Positions 21,778 through 33,245 of a DNA stretch of 64,000 nt are shown piece after piece. Source of the DNA: Paramoeba atlantica (lineage: Eukaryota > Protista > Discosea); the NCBI GenBank assembly GCA_977017575.1, contig CDRNVI010000021.1:620001-684000 (forward strand). Direction: 5' to 3'. A program made the position numbers and the translations under genes. The stretch's first letter is position 1. Every line of letters starts with the position of its first letter. Under the pieces are notes generated by a model that was given only the letters and a program-made list of their open reading frames with translations, was not told the origin of the DNA and made no database searches.

Positions 21778-22749
21778 ATGGAAGTCTACGAACGCATCCT
21801 ACGAAGAGTTCAAGGCGCCATGTGGGCACATCATCGTCGCCTCATGCCCGAGCGGCAGTTCCAGCGTATACTTGGGTACGTCTACTCCCACAAATACGAG
21901 TACCAGATCCGATTTGACGAGATGGCCTGCGTCGGGACGGAGCTCAACGGTCACGTAGAGGTCACCATTACCCCCGCGGGGTTTGTGAAGCGTGTACGGG
22001 TAGACCCTTCCTTTGAGGACTACCCCTCCCACACCCAACGAATGGTACTGCTCAGTGCGTACTCCAAAGCCCGGCAAGAGGGGCGGGATCTCATGGCGCA
22101 GGCCGAGTTACGCATCTACAAACAGTTCCTTACGGACCTAAAACCCGTGGTGCTTGGCATCCGTGACAACCCGGAGTTCTACACCATCCAAACCACCCCT
22201 ACCCTAGACGGGGCTACCCCCGACATCGAAACCCCCAAAGGCACTCTCCAAGGATCTACCGCCCCTCTCCCTCACGCTCCGCATCCCTCCTCCCCCCCAT
22301 CACCACTGCGGCACGTCCACCGCACCATCCCCTACACCCGCGCCCACACCCGCCAGCAGGAGTGGGCCTACCGCCAAACCGAGTTTGCCCGGTTCATCCA
22401 CTCCCCCGCGGGGCGGGTCTGGTCCCGTACCCCCACGGGCAAGGCCACGCTCTACCACCACTACCCGGAGTACGGCAGGGGGAGCCAGCCGTACCGGCCC
22501 CCGGGGTCCCCGGGCGCCCCCGCCCCCTCCTCCATCCCCCCGCTGGACCTCCCGGTGCCCTACATGGCCATGGAGGAGACCGCGTTGCTCAAACGCAACT
22601 GGGTGGCCTACCTGGAGAACGTGGGGGTGGCACAGAGGGTGTGGACCCGGGTGCAGGGGGCGGACCGGCTCGCGAGGGAGCGCGAGATGCAGGCGAGCGG
22701 GGAGGCGTGGCACTCGGCGATACAGCCGGATGCGGTGAAGAGGTATTGA
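21778..22749 (+). CDS. Conserved hypothetical protein with YbaB/EbfC-like segment, probably mitochondrial
   Basis: GTELNGHVEVTITPAGFVKRVRVDPSF..VLLSAYSKARQEG resembles the YbaB/EbfC pattern. Confidence 0.5.
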   Translation: MEVYERILRRVQGAMWAHHRRLMPERQFQRILGYVYSHKYEYQIRFDEMACVGTELNGHVEVTITPAGFVKRVRVDPSFEDYPSHTQRMVLLSAYSKARQEGRDLMAQAELRIYKQFLTDLKPVVLGIRDNPEFYTIQTTPTLDGATPDIETPKGTLQGSTAPLPHAPHPSSPPSPLRHVHRTIPYTRAHTRQQEWAYRQTEFARFIHSPAGRVWSRTPTGKATLYHHYPEYGRGSQPYRPPGSPGAPAPSSIPPLDLPVPYMAMEETALLKRNWVAYLENVGVAQRVWTRVQGADRLAREREMQASGEAWHSAIQPDAVKRY

Positions 22750-22982
22750 AAGGGGGGAAGGGGGATTTTTTGTGTTTCGGTTTTTTGGTTTAAAACCTTT
22801 TTTTCGAACAATTTTTTTTAGGGGGGGTGGAGTGCGTGGTGTGTGTATAGAACCCGTGGAAAATGGATTGTGGTTTTTGTTGATGTTGCGTATATTTGGT
22901 GAGGAATAGAGTGGTGGGAATGCATTTAGTGCAGTAGGATCATTTTCTAGCACAATTCGAACAGTAACTTAATGTGGTCCGT

Positions 22983-23978
22983 ATGAGTCAAGATGGAACT
23001 GATCCCTTAACTGTAATCCGGTGGATTGGAGATTCCGGAAGTCCTCATTCTAACAAAAATGCGCGCAGCGTTTTTTCTAGCGAAGCGGCTCGTAGCGACG
23101 ATCATCAAACCGTGTCAGAGGCGCGCTATGGCACTGAACCCGAACCTTTGAGACCTTCCACTGTGATGTCTAAGTTAGAAATGAGTGAAGAACCGTCTAA
23201 AACCGCGAATTACATACCAAGTAGGGTCATACTTTTTGCGGCTGATGAAGCAAAGCAATCAAGTGGTCTATCCGTAGCCCCCAAACAATCGGAGAAAGAT
23301 CATATCATCAGAAGGCCATCATCTAGCCGAAACTCCAGTAACATAATTTCAAAGAATTCCTTGCAGGAAATACAGGAGAAAACAGAGTCAAAACTCAAGA
23401 ACCTGAGAGTAGTATCTACCCCTATTGGTGAATTGAGTTCGAAAATGTCTCACCAATTGAATAACGATCGCGATGAGACTCCAGATTTTGATAGCGAATT
23501 TGAGAAGGAAAAAGGGACGACTGTTGGATCACCTTGTTCTCTTTGCGGATGCGTCTTACAAGAAAACGGCACTTTTTCTTCCACCTTGAATTCGATCGTC
23601 TCTGAGCCGCTAAGAACAGAGAGAGTTCCCTTCCCTAGCTTCGACGATCTTGAGCAATTTCCAGCCTTTCCCTGCCCTGCATGTGAGAGGCGTGCAGTTT
23701 CTCTAAAATCTCAACGACCCACGGACACGGAAAAAAGTGCAAAAACTCAAACTTCTACATCACATATATCCTTACATGGTCATTTCGAACACGACGATAC
23801 TCGCTTACGGGATGAACTACAGTCACTTCCAACGTGGGAAACGGACAAAAATCGTCAGCAGCTGCGGCGGATGCTTACGGAGGATCCTTGCGCTCTGCGA
23901 GACACACGCTATACAAAGAACAAGAAAGTGTTGCCCAAGGAACCATTAGTTTCCCGTGAAATACCATACTTCTATTGA
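22983..23978 (+). CDS. Hypothetical Ser/Glu-rich protein with two CxxC pairs
   Basis: Long + strand ORF with CSLCGC and CPACE; no family recognised. First ATG is 22983. Confidence 0.6.
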   Translation: MSQDGTDPLTVIRWIGDSGSPHSNKNARSVFSSEAARSDDHQTVSEARYGTEPEPLRPSTVMSKLEMSEEPSKTANYIPSRVILFAADEAKQSSGLSVAPKQSEKDHIIRRPSSSRNSSNIISKNSLQEIQEKTESKLKNLRVVSTPIGELSSKMSHQLNNDRDETPDFDSEFEKEKGTTVGSPCSLCGCVLQENGTFSSTLNSIVSEPLRTERVPFPSFDDLEQFPAFPCPACERRAVSLKSQRPTDTEKSAKTQTSTSHISLHGHFEHDDTRLRDELQSLPTWETDKNRQQLRRMLTEDPCALRDTRYTKNKKVLPKEPLVSREIPYFY

Positions 23979-24233
23979 TGAAAATTCACATTCAATTACT
24001 TTATTGGTATTGGATACAACGTTAAATTCTCTTTCTGTTGCGGTAGTCGTACTGCGACATCTTCGATTACTGAAGCATAATAGAGAACGACTTAGTGCAA
24101 GGCTGTAGGATACCAAAAAAAGATATTTCTAAATATGGGTTGTATTTAGTGCTACAGTATACATTTAGCGCCACAATGTATGTATTTTCCGTAGTTCAAT
24201 TGTATATTTTAGTGGTCATATTTCCAAAATTAA

Positions 24234-24695
24234 ATGTCTTCAAGTGAAAAACTCGTTCTAAGCGACCTCCCTTTCTATGCCGATGTTTCTTGTGTTCAGG
24301 CCCTACTAGGACCAAATTACTCGCCATTCGTCTATTCCGTTAACCAAAAGAAAGTTCGAAATTCAGACTGCTCTGGTAACACCTTCATCATACGATGTGA
24401 CGTTGATGTTAGTGACCAAATATTAAAGGAGCTGAGCGGTGCTCAAGTCTGTGGTCAGGTTATCTCAATAAAACGCATGCAATACGAAAAACGAACAGCG
24501 CCATGCGAACGTACTGATATTGACCGCACTTCTGAGAGGAGCGCAAAAGGGGATAGTACTGAAAGTATGGGGTCTACTTTTTTTGTGGATCAAATTCGTA
24601 CGAAAAGTGATCTACAAAGTGATGCCTGTCGTTATTGTGGATCGCTTGAACATTTTTCTCGAAAGTGTCCTCGAAAAAACGAATTGAAACAATGA
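24234..24695 (+). CDS. RRM-like plus CCHC zinc-knuckle protein
   Basis: N-terminal LVLSDLP..FIIRC..LSGAQVCGQVISIK (RRM-like) and C-terminal CRYCGSLEHFSRKC. Confidence 0.7.
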   Translation: MSSSEKLVLSDLPFYADVSCVQALLGPNYSPFVYSVNQKKVRNSDCSGNTFIIRCDVDVSDQILKELSGAQVCGQVISIKRMQYEKRTAPCERTDIDRTSERSAKGDSTESMGSTFFVDQIRTKSDLQSDACRYCGSLEHFSRKCPRKNELKQ

Positions 24696-25153
24696 TAGCA
24701 CACAAAGATGGCAATTATATTACAAAGAGAAATCTTTCGCATCACTCGACTTTTAATGCCATTCTCCTTTTAATGTGCATTTCTGCATACGAAGAGGGCG
24801 TGCAATCTTTTTCCTTTTTCCGGTCTGGCAAACTCTAACCAAAACAGACAGTCGGGGCTCGTGGCGTTTCTCGTGGGGTATTTCTTTTCAGATTAAGTAC
24901 CTCCCCTATAAGTTGCACGCAGCCGCAATCCAGTCTAGTCATGTGCAATCCAGTCTAGTTATACGCTGATTAGCTTGCACTCATTAACTTCAACAGCTTA
25001 AATTGCCCATGTGGTACCCTATGCAGTAAACTGCATAGTGTACTTGTTACACGTTCATACGATCTAAAGGCTCTTCTTTATTCAATATTATCCAAATATT
25101 CTTCCGCAGTATCTTTTTCCTTAAACCCCCGTTTTCACATGACAATCTACTAG

Positions 25154-26230
25154 ATGAGTCGATCTATTTCTGCTGACGGGGCTTTACTTTTTGATACCTC
25201 CCTGGGGCCTTTCGTAGTGGACCTTTTCCCATCACTCTCACCCAAAGCAATCTGGAACGTCATACGAATGGCGCAGGAAAATTATTACGATGGCGACTTA
25301 TTCTGTTTTATTCAAAAACGTGGATTTGCAAAGTTTGGTCGCAGCTATGATGCGAACTATGCAAACACCCCACCGGTGCAGCCTCACATATTTATGAATC
25401 AATCAAATTCCTGTGGTGGATTTGAAACTTCGTTTGGCAGCACTCCCAAAGATTTATTAACCTATGGTAGCCTTTTTCTTTCGAAATGCCCCGACTCGAG
25501 GCATCAAACATCACAACTAATTTTATCACTAAGTCACAGCTTCAGTATTGTCTCACGACTTGCAGAAAAATGTGGCGATCTCATAGGAGTAACGAAAGAT
25601 GGATTGGGAACTCTGGAGCGACTCAATAAAGTGTTAACTTCTTCACATGGTGTTCCGCTACGAAAGGTGAAAATTCGTCGCGTACACGTTCTTGTGGAAC
25701 CTCACAACGCGCTTGTATCTGAAGGTCTGAGCCCCTTAGTACGAAATGCTATGATCGAACAATTACATTTTCACGCAGAGTATCAAGCAAATATGAAAGC
25801 TTTGGAGAGCGATACGGAATCTGACTCATTGTGCAACTTAGATGCTATTAAAACCGAACGACACGAACAAATTCTTAAACTCCTGGGCCGAAGAGATTCG
25901 CACAGTACATCCTTGGAGGAACCCATCCGCACCTTATTTGTCTGTAAGTTAAATCCTTTAACTACCAAGGAAGGCTTGACTCAATTTTTTGAGCAATTTG
26001 GACCTCTTCTTGAGATACAGATGCCTAGTGATGCGAAGACGCAAAGGTCATTACAATATGCGTTCGTGGAATTTGAATCCGTCGATGATTGTCGCAAAGC
26101 CTATATTAACGCCAACGGTGTACTTTTAGATGATAGAAGAATTTTAGTTGATTTTTCGCACTCTACCAGGCGTCGCAAACGTATGCTACAGAACTCCGAC
26201 ACGGACAACATAGTTCATCGTGATTCGTAG
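25154..26230 (+). CDS. PPIL4: Cyclophilin-RRM protein (PPIL4/CYP59-like)
   Basis: Degenerate cyclophilin N-terminus (TSLGPFVVDLF..PKAIWNVIRM..YYDG) and PPIL4-type RRM TLFVCKLNPLTT..SLQYAFVEFE..LLDDRRILVDFSHS. Confidence 0.85.
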   Translation: MSRSISADGALLFDTSLGPFVVDLFPSLSPKAIWNVIRMAQENYYDGDLFCFIQKRGFAKFGRSYDANYANTPPVQPHIFMNQSNSCGGFETSFGSTPKDLLTYGSLFLSKCPDSRHQTSQLILSLSHSFSIVSRLAEKCGDLIGVTKDGLGTLERLNKVLTSSHGVPLRKVKIRRVHVLVEPHNALVSEGLSPLVRNAMIEQLHFHAEYQANMKALESDTESDSLCNLDAIKTERHEQILKLLGRRDSHSTSLEEPIRTLFVCKLNPLTTKEGLTQFFEQFGPLLEIQMPSDAKTQRSLQYAFVEFESVDDCRKAYINANGVLLDDRRILVDFSHSTRRRKRMLQNSDTDNIVHRDS

Positions 26231-26508
26231 AAGTTTCTTTACAGCACTAAAGGATATCACCTTTTTGAATCATTTTTTTGAACTATTTAGTGCTGCATTA
26301 TTCGCTCCAACTAAATCCCTTTAAGTAAAATTCAGTAGTTGTCCTTTTAAAAAACTCGCGACTATGCTAGTCATATTTAAAGCTGCCATGGTGCAATAAG
26401 TTGCAGTAATTGAACGTAGAGGTACTTTTACGAGTACCGCAACTTTTTTTGTCACTTCTAGGACCTTGCTTTTTTTAAACTCAGTGTTAATTAGGAAAAC
26501 CTAAAACA

Positions 26509-27114
26509 ATGCTATTGTTCAATCAATCGGATACGTCCGTGCTGCGTAAAACAGGAAAAGTTCGCGGATCCTCCCTTCCGCTTGAGTATGCCTTAGCGCA
26601 AATTGTCGCCGAGGTTGACACAAAGCTCCCGTCGTGGTCCACATATCACCCAGCGAAAGAGTGGAAAGGCGTTACCATCGAAGGAGATAAGGATGAGGTG
26701 CGAATTAATTGGACAGATGTACGATCCGGGGGTGTACTTCATCTTGAATATCTGCCTGCATCTGTTATTGAAGTTACGTTAACGCACTATCAGTGGAGTA
26801 ATAAACATTTTTCCGGAACTGTGGATTTTACAGGTCTTCCGGATCTCTTGCACCGCCTTTGCCTCCATGGCAATGATTTTGAGGGAGAAATGAATCTCTC
26901 CCACTTGCCGTCTCATCTTTCTTATTTATCAGTCTACAATAATCGATTCCACGGCTACCTTGACTTTTCTGGGCTTCCTCCTACGTTAGGCTATCTTGAC
27001 CTCGCAAGTAACAGCGAATTGGATGGCGTATTCGATGAAGAACTTCACCAAACACTGAGCATCGACATATCAGACACAAAAATCATTAAGAAGAAACGGG
27101 CATCAAAGAAATAA
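26509..27114 (+). CDS. LRR protein, dispersed family copy 3
   Basis: GKVRGSSLPLEY..AKEWKGV cap followed by LRRs. Confidence 0.85.
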   Translation: MLLFNQSDTSVLRKTGKVRGSSLPLEYALAQIVAEVDTKLPSWSTYHPAKEWKGVTIEGDKDEVRINWTDVRSGGVLHLEYLPASVIEVTLTHYQWSNKHFSGTVDFTGLPDLLHRLCLHGNDFEGEMNLSHLPSHLSYLSVYNNRFHGYLDFSGLPPTLGYLDLASNSELDGVFDEELHQTLSIDISDTKIIKKKRASKK

Positions 27115-27490
27115 TATATCTCTAGATATTCTACCATCGGACAATGCCAACGGGATTGTTATAATAACGAAGTAAAACATGGTTATCAACAGGAATCACC
27201 ATTGATAGAAAAGTAGAATGAAGAATTGAAGCGCTCTCCTCCCCTACTCTAACGTTTCTCGTTTTTCATAAAAAGTAATGTCAATAGGGGGTATTCGCGG
27301 CAAGAGTCAAGTCCCTCAAAAGCAACCTTATTAAAGTAGGGGGTGCTCAGGTAGCCTAGGTAAAGCTAAGATAGGGGGGTGGAGTAATTCGTTTGTGTGA
27401 TTTTCGGATCTATATTTTTCGTCTTAAAATTTATTTAGTTTTCCACACATGTGAGAATCTTTAAAAAAATATATCATTTTTTTCTGGGAA

Positions 27491-30400
27491 ATGGCGACCG
27501 ATATCATGACTCTCGGTTCTCGTCAACGAATGTCTCTTCCGGATCTTGTGATTGTTATCGAAGAATTAAAAGCCTTTTTGATCGGTTCTCGTGTAAACAA
27601 TATCTACGATAACACCTCGAGAGACGGCTTTTACACATTTAAACTTACTTCACGTTCGGTGCCACATGAAAAGTTCACTGTGGCTCTTGAAAGTGGATGG
27701 CGAATTCATCGTACGTGGTATAAAAGGCCTACCGGGGTAGACCACGCGCACCCTTCTGGATTTACCATGAAACTACGAAAGCACCTTCGTAATACTGTAG
27801 TAAGAGATGTTTGCGTTGAGCGCGGAGATCGTGTAGTGTGTCTTGCTTTCGGCTTTGAAAGCGGGGCGAACTACTTCTTGGTAACGGAATGCTATGGTAA
27901 AGGTAACGTTATCTTAATGGACGCTGATCGCTTAGTACTAGCGGCGCTCCGTCCGGAACTTGTCGATCGAGGTGCTCGCAAAGTTGATAGCGAGAAGACT
28001 GCGCAAATAAACGCCGAAACAGATGGACGGAATGCGATTTCTAATGTCGACCCAAACAGACTCATCGATACTTGTGTCACAACGAGTCAGATTAATCAGA
28101 TGTTTCCATTTATTAAGGCAAAGATTTCTACTAATGATAAAGTGTGCAAATGGGAAAATGCATTTAAAACAGTGCTTTTGGAGAATTCCTCTATGCGATT
28201 ACGCCAAGCTTTGTTGCGCGCCACATTTTTAGGACCTGTTCTTATCGATCACATCCTTCACGTTGCTTTTGGTCGCATTGAAGCTGAAAATGGTCTTCAA
28301 CCAATAGATCTCTCTACCACTTGTTTGGCCGTACTGAGTCACCCTTCTCTTCTCCACAGTCTTAGTTTCGAATTGATGACCTGCGCCACAGAAATACAAG
28401 GACGAATTTCCGAACCAGAAACGAAATCTTTCGGATTTTTATATCGAAAACGTGTTCAAATTCAAGAAAGTAATCGCCAAGAACCTCCTCTTTCTCCTGC
28501 GTTACAGGTCCCTGATACTCTGGAACGAATGGAAAACTTCACAACAGATGACATGATGGAAAAAGTCTCCTTGAATCAGGGTGAGTATCAAAACTTGAAC
28601 AAGCAACTATCAACACATCAGCCGCAAGAGACAATGAGTAACTATCCACCTGTAGTATTCTCATTCCTTCCCATTGTACATTTAAAGAACATGCTCATTG
28701 AAGAACGTTTATCTTCGCTAAATCATGCTCTGGATACCTATTATACTTTTGAAGAAATACGGAACGTGGAATCGCACCGTGAAAAGTTATTCACAGAAGC
28801 AGAATCAAAAATTGTGCGTTTTGAGCGAGAGCATCGACGACGGGTTCAATCATTACAAAAGGAAGAAGTGAGAAGAGAACTGCAAGCATTGACTATCTAT
28901 CAAAATATGGATGTCGTGGAGTCACTGCTAACCGTGTTCCGTGAGGCGTTAAACCGACGTATTTCTTGGGATGATATTAGTCGCCTTGTTGCAAGACGAC
29001 ACCGTGAAGGTGATAGTCTTTTTGATCGCTTGTGTCGATTTAATCTTGAAAAACGTGAAATCACTTTAAAATTGCCCTATTCAGATCCCGGAAATGAAAA
29101 TTCAGAGGAACTATCATCTGCCACTGCAAACATGAACTCAGTTTTGGCTGAAAAGATGCGAGACAATGATTTCCTAGAAATAACGTTGTCTGTCGACCTC
29201 AATGCCTATCAGAATGCACAAACCTTTTATGATGTCCGAAAAAAACAGCATGCAAAGTTGGAAAAGACGCTTGCATCTGAATGCAAGGCCGCGAAAGGCG
29301 CTTTTCTAGCTTCTCAAAAAATACAAAGGAAACAAACTCAAATTCGTAAGGCTCCTCTTTACCAACGCGTCTCTGCTTGGTTCGAAAAGTTTCTTTGGTT
29401 CAAGACGTCTCAAAATTTTCTGGTAGTAGTAGCTCGCGATAAAACTCAAAATGAATTGTTGTGGAAGCGGTACGTATCGAAGGAGGACATTGTACTTCTA
29501 GTAGATACTAACACTTTGGAAAGCACGCCCTCATCAACTATATTTTCCTTAAATCGAGGACATGAGTTTATTTCATTGGCAGTCATAAAATTATCTTTCG
29601 CAAGCCTTGGGGTCGAAATTGGTCAGGATTTAGCTTTGAATGTCGTGAAACCCATGATTTTACACTCTCTAGAAGAAGCAGCAATATTTTCCGCATGTTA
29701 CTCCTCCATGTGGGATAAAAAGCAACGCAAACTATCGATCTGCTCTACCGAAAGGCAGGTTGTCTTTTCTTGGGCTAAGCATGCTAGGTTGGAAACAACA
29801 CAAGATGTAAATGCATTGGAGCCTGGGCCAGGCAAGCAATCGGTGTCAAATAAAAAAGTATCTTTCAATCTTACGCTTACTTTTACTGGTGAAATAGAGC
29901 GAGAGAACATTATGGCTCTGGAACTAGGGTGTACAGCATTGTGTCTTCCAAAGGAAACTCCCTCTCCGCCAATAAAACACAGATTGTCAAATGAAAATGG
30001 GACTCAATTTCGCAAGAAATCGCCGGTACATGATTCTAGTGCTCATTCTCTAATTTTTTTGAATCCAAGGACGGGTAACACCGAGCTAAATCCTGCGACT
30101 GAAGACACGAAGAGAATTTTGCAAAAGAAAGGCATCAGTAAGACTAAACTAAAGAAAATTGCGAAACATAAGGAGCAGTGGGGAGTTAACTCCACACCAG
30201 AGCAACCAATAGAAAAGAATCATGTGAATGCTTCTCTTTCCACAGAACAAGATGTAAAAATCAGCATTGATATGGAACGAAATATGAACGAATCAACCCC
30301 GATTGTAGATGATCACGATGTTGAGAATAATAGAATTTACAAAAGACCCGAAAGATTAGCATTGAACAGCATTGTTAGTCAAAATACCTCTTTCTTTTTA

Positions 30401-30769
30401 TCGAATGAAGAGAAACTGTTTTTCGGTTCTTCTACATTCATAATCCCGTCACAAGAATCGGAGGCGGTCTCTTCTATTGGTGAGACTAGTGTTGCCATTC
30501 CCGTTTGTTTACCTTGGCTTACAATCGTCCGTTCGAACGTTTCTCTTGCCGTCCGACTCAGTCCAGAAAGATGCGACTCAAAAAAATCTTTGCTTTCAAA
30601 AAAGATACTTCAACAGCTGTACAAGGCAGCGGATTTGCACCATCAATTGTCACCTCAATTGTTATCTCAAATTAGAAACTGGGAAGAAAATGACATCATT
30701 CCTCTACTTCCTTCCGGACGATGTAGAGTACATTCGTGGAAAGCATTAAAGCCAACCATAGAACTTTAG
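27491..30769 (+). CDS. NEMF: NEMF/Rqc2/Tae2 ribosome quality-control factor
   Basis: RVNNIYD, PSGFTMKLRKHLR, GDRVVCL, GNVILMD, LNAYQNAQTFYD and WFEKFLWFKTSQNFLVVVARDKTQNELLWKRY. Confidence 0.9.
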   Translation: MATDIMTLGSRQRMSLPDLVIVIEELKAFLIGSRVNNIYDNTSRDGFYTFKLTSRSVPHEKFTVALESGWRIHRTWYKRPTGVDHAHPSGFTMKLRKHLRNTVVRDVCVERGDRVVCLAFGFESGANYFLVTECYGKGNVILMDADRLVLAALRPELVDRGARKVDSEKTAQINAETDGRNAISNVDPNRLIDTCVTTSQINQMFPFIKAKISTNDKVCKWENAFKTVLLENSSMRLRQALLRATFLGPVLIDHILHVAFGRIEAENGLQPIDLSTTCLAVLSHPSLLHSLSFELMTCATEIQGRISEPETKSFGFLYRKRVQIQESNRQEPPLSPALQVPDTLERMENFTTDDMMEKVSLNQGEYQNLNKQLSTHQPQETMSNYPPVVFSFLPIVHLKNMLIEERLSSLNHALDTYYTFEEIRNVESHREKLFTEAESKIVRFEREHRRRVQSLQKEEVRRELQALTIYQNMDVVESLLTVFREALNRRISWDDISRLVARRHREGDSLFDRLCRFNLEKREITLKLPYSDPGNENSEELSSATANMNSVLAEKMRDNDFLEITLSVDLNAYQNAQTFYDVRKKQHAKLEKTLASECKAAKGAFLASQKIQRKQTQIRKAPLYQRVSAWFEKFLWFKTSQNFLVVVARDKTQNELLWKRYVSKEDIVLLVDTNTLESTPSSTIFSLNRGHEFISLAVIKLSFASLGVEIGQDLALNVVKPMILHSLEEAAIFSACYSSMWDKKQRKLSICSTERQVVFSWAKHARLETTQDVNALEPGPGKQSVSNKKVSFNLTLTFTGEIERENIMALELGCTALCLPKETPSPPIKHRLSNENGTQFRKKSPVHDSSAHSLIFLNPRTGNTELNPATEDTKRILQKKGISKTKLKKIAKHKEQWGVNSTPEQPIEKNHVNASLSTEQDVKISIDMERNMNESTPIVDDHDVENNRIYKRPERLALNSIVSQNTSFFLSNEEKLFFGSSTFIIPSQESEAVSSIGETSVAIPVCLPWLTIVRSNVSLAVRLSPERCDSKKSLLSKKILQQLYKAADLHHQLSPQLLSQIRNWEENDIIPLLPSGRCRVHSWKALKPTIEL

Positions 30770-31134
30770 AGCTGGTGAACTCTTTTTATCTCGTTTCCTA
30801 TTTTCACAAAGTCTCAGCCACATCGCACAATCCCCAAAATATGGAATATTCAACTGTAATTTTGAAAAGAATGCTGACGTACTTTTTCTACTGTCTACAT
30901 ACGCTCCATTGTGCTTTCGTTTTCATGGCGACCGGACAGGACCGATGCCTTTGGACAGATAAAATGCCTTTGGACAAATAAAGTGCCTTTGGACAGAAAA
31001 ATCGCCTCCCATCCATAAATCTTCCCCCGCCATACTTATCAGTGGTGGAGCTCCTCCGGACGGGTAAATTAAGTCACACAGCTTTCAACTTCTCTGTGAG
31101 CTCACCCGCGCTGTTTGTCCGCGTTGCACAATCC

Positions 31135-31533
31135 TAGACATAGATTCTCAGTGCGCGACCCGCGCGCTGGAGCTTTTGCCTCCAGAAGTGGGGTTCGCTC
31201 ACGGTTGGGCCTTGCTCGCAAAAGAGGGCTTTTGCCTCCAGAAGTGGGCTTCGCACAGTTGGGCCTTGCCTCTGGCCAATTCTGCGGAAGGGGTAGACAT
31301 AGGTTCTCAGTGTGCGACCCGCGCGCTGGAGCGCGCGGGTTGCCAAAAAATATAACTCTGTCCCAGGGCTACGCTCACAGTTGGTCCTTGCTCGCAAATG
31401 GGGGCTTTTGCCTCCAGAAGTGGGCTTCGCTCACAGTTGGGCCTTGACTCTGGACAATCCTGCGGAAGGGGTAGACATACAGGTTCGCAGTGACATACTA
31501 GACTTCTCGAGACATACTAGGTTCTCAGTGCGC
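31135..31533. repeat. Complex GC-rich tandem repeat (units starting TAGACATA at 31135, 31293, 31472)
   Basis: Recurrent CTTTTGCCTCCAGAAGTGGG(G/C)TTCGC..CAC.GTTGGGCCTTG and TTCTCAGTG(C/T)GCGACCCGCGCGCTGGAGC. A 10-bp hairpin lies at 31317-31340. Confidence 0.8.
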
Positions 31534-31534
31534 A

Positions 31535-31750
31535 ACCCCCGCTAAATAGGGGGGAAGGTGGCAGTTGTGGGGTATGGAGGCCTCTCGCAACTCCGTGGCC
31601 TTACCGGGAGCAAAGGTAATTTATCAGCCGGTTTATGTCGCGGACGGGTAAACAAGATCTAGCTTCTTTGGCCCGGCCGGCCCCTCCGTGCGTTCGGCCT
31701 CTCATATTCTCCAAAACAACTACCACCTTCCCCCCCTATTTAGCGGGGGT
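31535..31750. mobile_element. Small TIR element (~35-bp TIRs)
   Basis: ACCCCCGCTAAATAGGGGGGAAGGTGGCAGTTGT / ACAACTACCACCTTCCCCCCCTATTTAGCGGGGGT. Confidence 0.75.
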
Positions 31751-33245
31751 GGCGCGAGCGACACCCCCGTGTTGGAGGACAATGACGGTTCGCAGGGAGG
31801 GGAGAAGGGAGAGGTGGCGGGGGTGAATAACTATACAAAGGAAGTAACCATACAAAGGAAGTAACCGAAAAAAAGTTAGAAACGTAGGTATAGCGTATTT
31901 TGACATGAAAAACTTGAACTAGACAGTATATAAATACAAACTTACGTCGGGTCCTGATATACTGTATGTATCAGGTTCGTAGGGAAAAATTTGAGCCCCC
32001 CCCAAAAAAGAAATCCGGCGCCGCTTCGCCAAAAAGGACAATTAGGTGGTGCGGGTGGGACTACGACAATTAAGTGGGGGGGCACAGTATAAATATGGCA
32101 GCGTTATAAATTCTGGCAAATTTATAATTATTTACGAAGGGGACAGTATACAGCCCAGTGGGGGGGCAGCTATATACTGCCCCCCCCCCCACTTAAGCGC
32201 AACCGGGTTTTGGCCGAAAATTGCGCTTAAGGAGCCTGGTCAGAAATATCTCAAGGGGAAAAGATATTTCGGGCAAAAAAAATAAAAAAAAGTCGCGCAG
32301 CTTCGCGGCGCGGATAGCATCTGTGCTTCTTAGCATTTATGTTGTGTACTTATGTTTCGTGAGTCATCTTCTAATCGGTGCCGTCTCCAAACTGTTCCTC
32401 ACCTTCGTGTCCTCGGTAAGTGCGGGGGGGGTGGGATGGGATGGGATGCAACATGTTTGACGATTCTGTGCATTTGCATATTGTAGTTACGATTCGTTAA
32501 AAGAAACAGAAAATGACTAAAAGTGAAGTTGTTCTAAAAAGGAGACTGCTTGTAAATTATTTTGGTTCACCGGCACTATAAATGTAGGTTGAAAATAAGT
32601 AAAATTTGTTTGAACAATCTTTCCCAAAAGGACTCAGGAAAAAAAATTTGATCTTTCGTTGATCTCTTTTCTTATTTTTTCTTTTTGCTTACTTACCAGA
32701 CCACACGTTTTTTCGATCAGATGTGCCCCCTACCTCTAATGGTAAGACCCCAAAAAACGTCCGAAATATGGGGAGAATACGAAATATGGGGAGAATCGGG
32801 TATTTGTACCAAAAGTTGGATTATTCTGGACCGTTTCGCAATTTTTTCCTTTTTAGTCCCTTCATTAAACGCTGAAGCAGTTCTCAACGCGAAGGGAGTA
32901 GCCGTGGTGGCTTCCAAGAGGGTTCAAACTGGATGGGAGTGTCCGGGAGCGCCTGGGAGCGCACCTTATCCTTTTTACAGGTCACCAATACCAAGTAGAC
33001 CAATGTACATGTAGTAGTACTACATGTACTACATGTACATGTAGTAGACCAATGTAGTATATCCTGGGCGGTCCATTGAGTATTCCAAGCATTGAAATAT
33101 AAGTTGGAACGTCATGAGTACGAGTGGAAACGTTTTAAAAAGTCACGTAAAAGTTTTTTCGAGCGGAAAAAAATCATCAGAAAAAAATGGATTTTAACCT
33201 ACATTTATAGTTCCGGTTACCCATTATTTTTTAACATTATCACTC

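Noticed and set aside
24234-24695. ZCRB1 (U11/U12-31K) assignment implying a minor spliceosome
   Set aside because: RRM plus CCHC is a common architecture, and the sequence lacks diagnostic identity that I can verify.
32995-33058. TACATGTAGTAG low-complexity palindromic cluster just upstream of the retroelement
   Set aside because: It is short, lies outside the CATT boundary, and is consistent with slippage.
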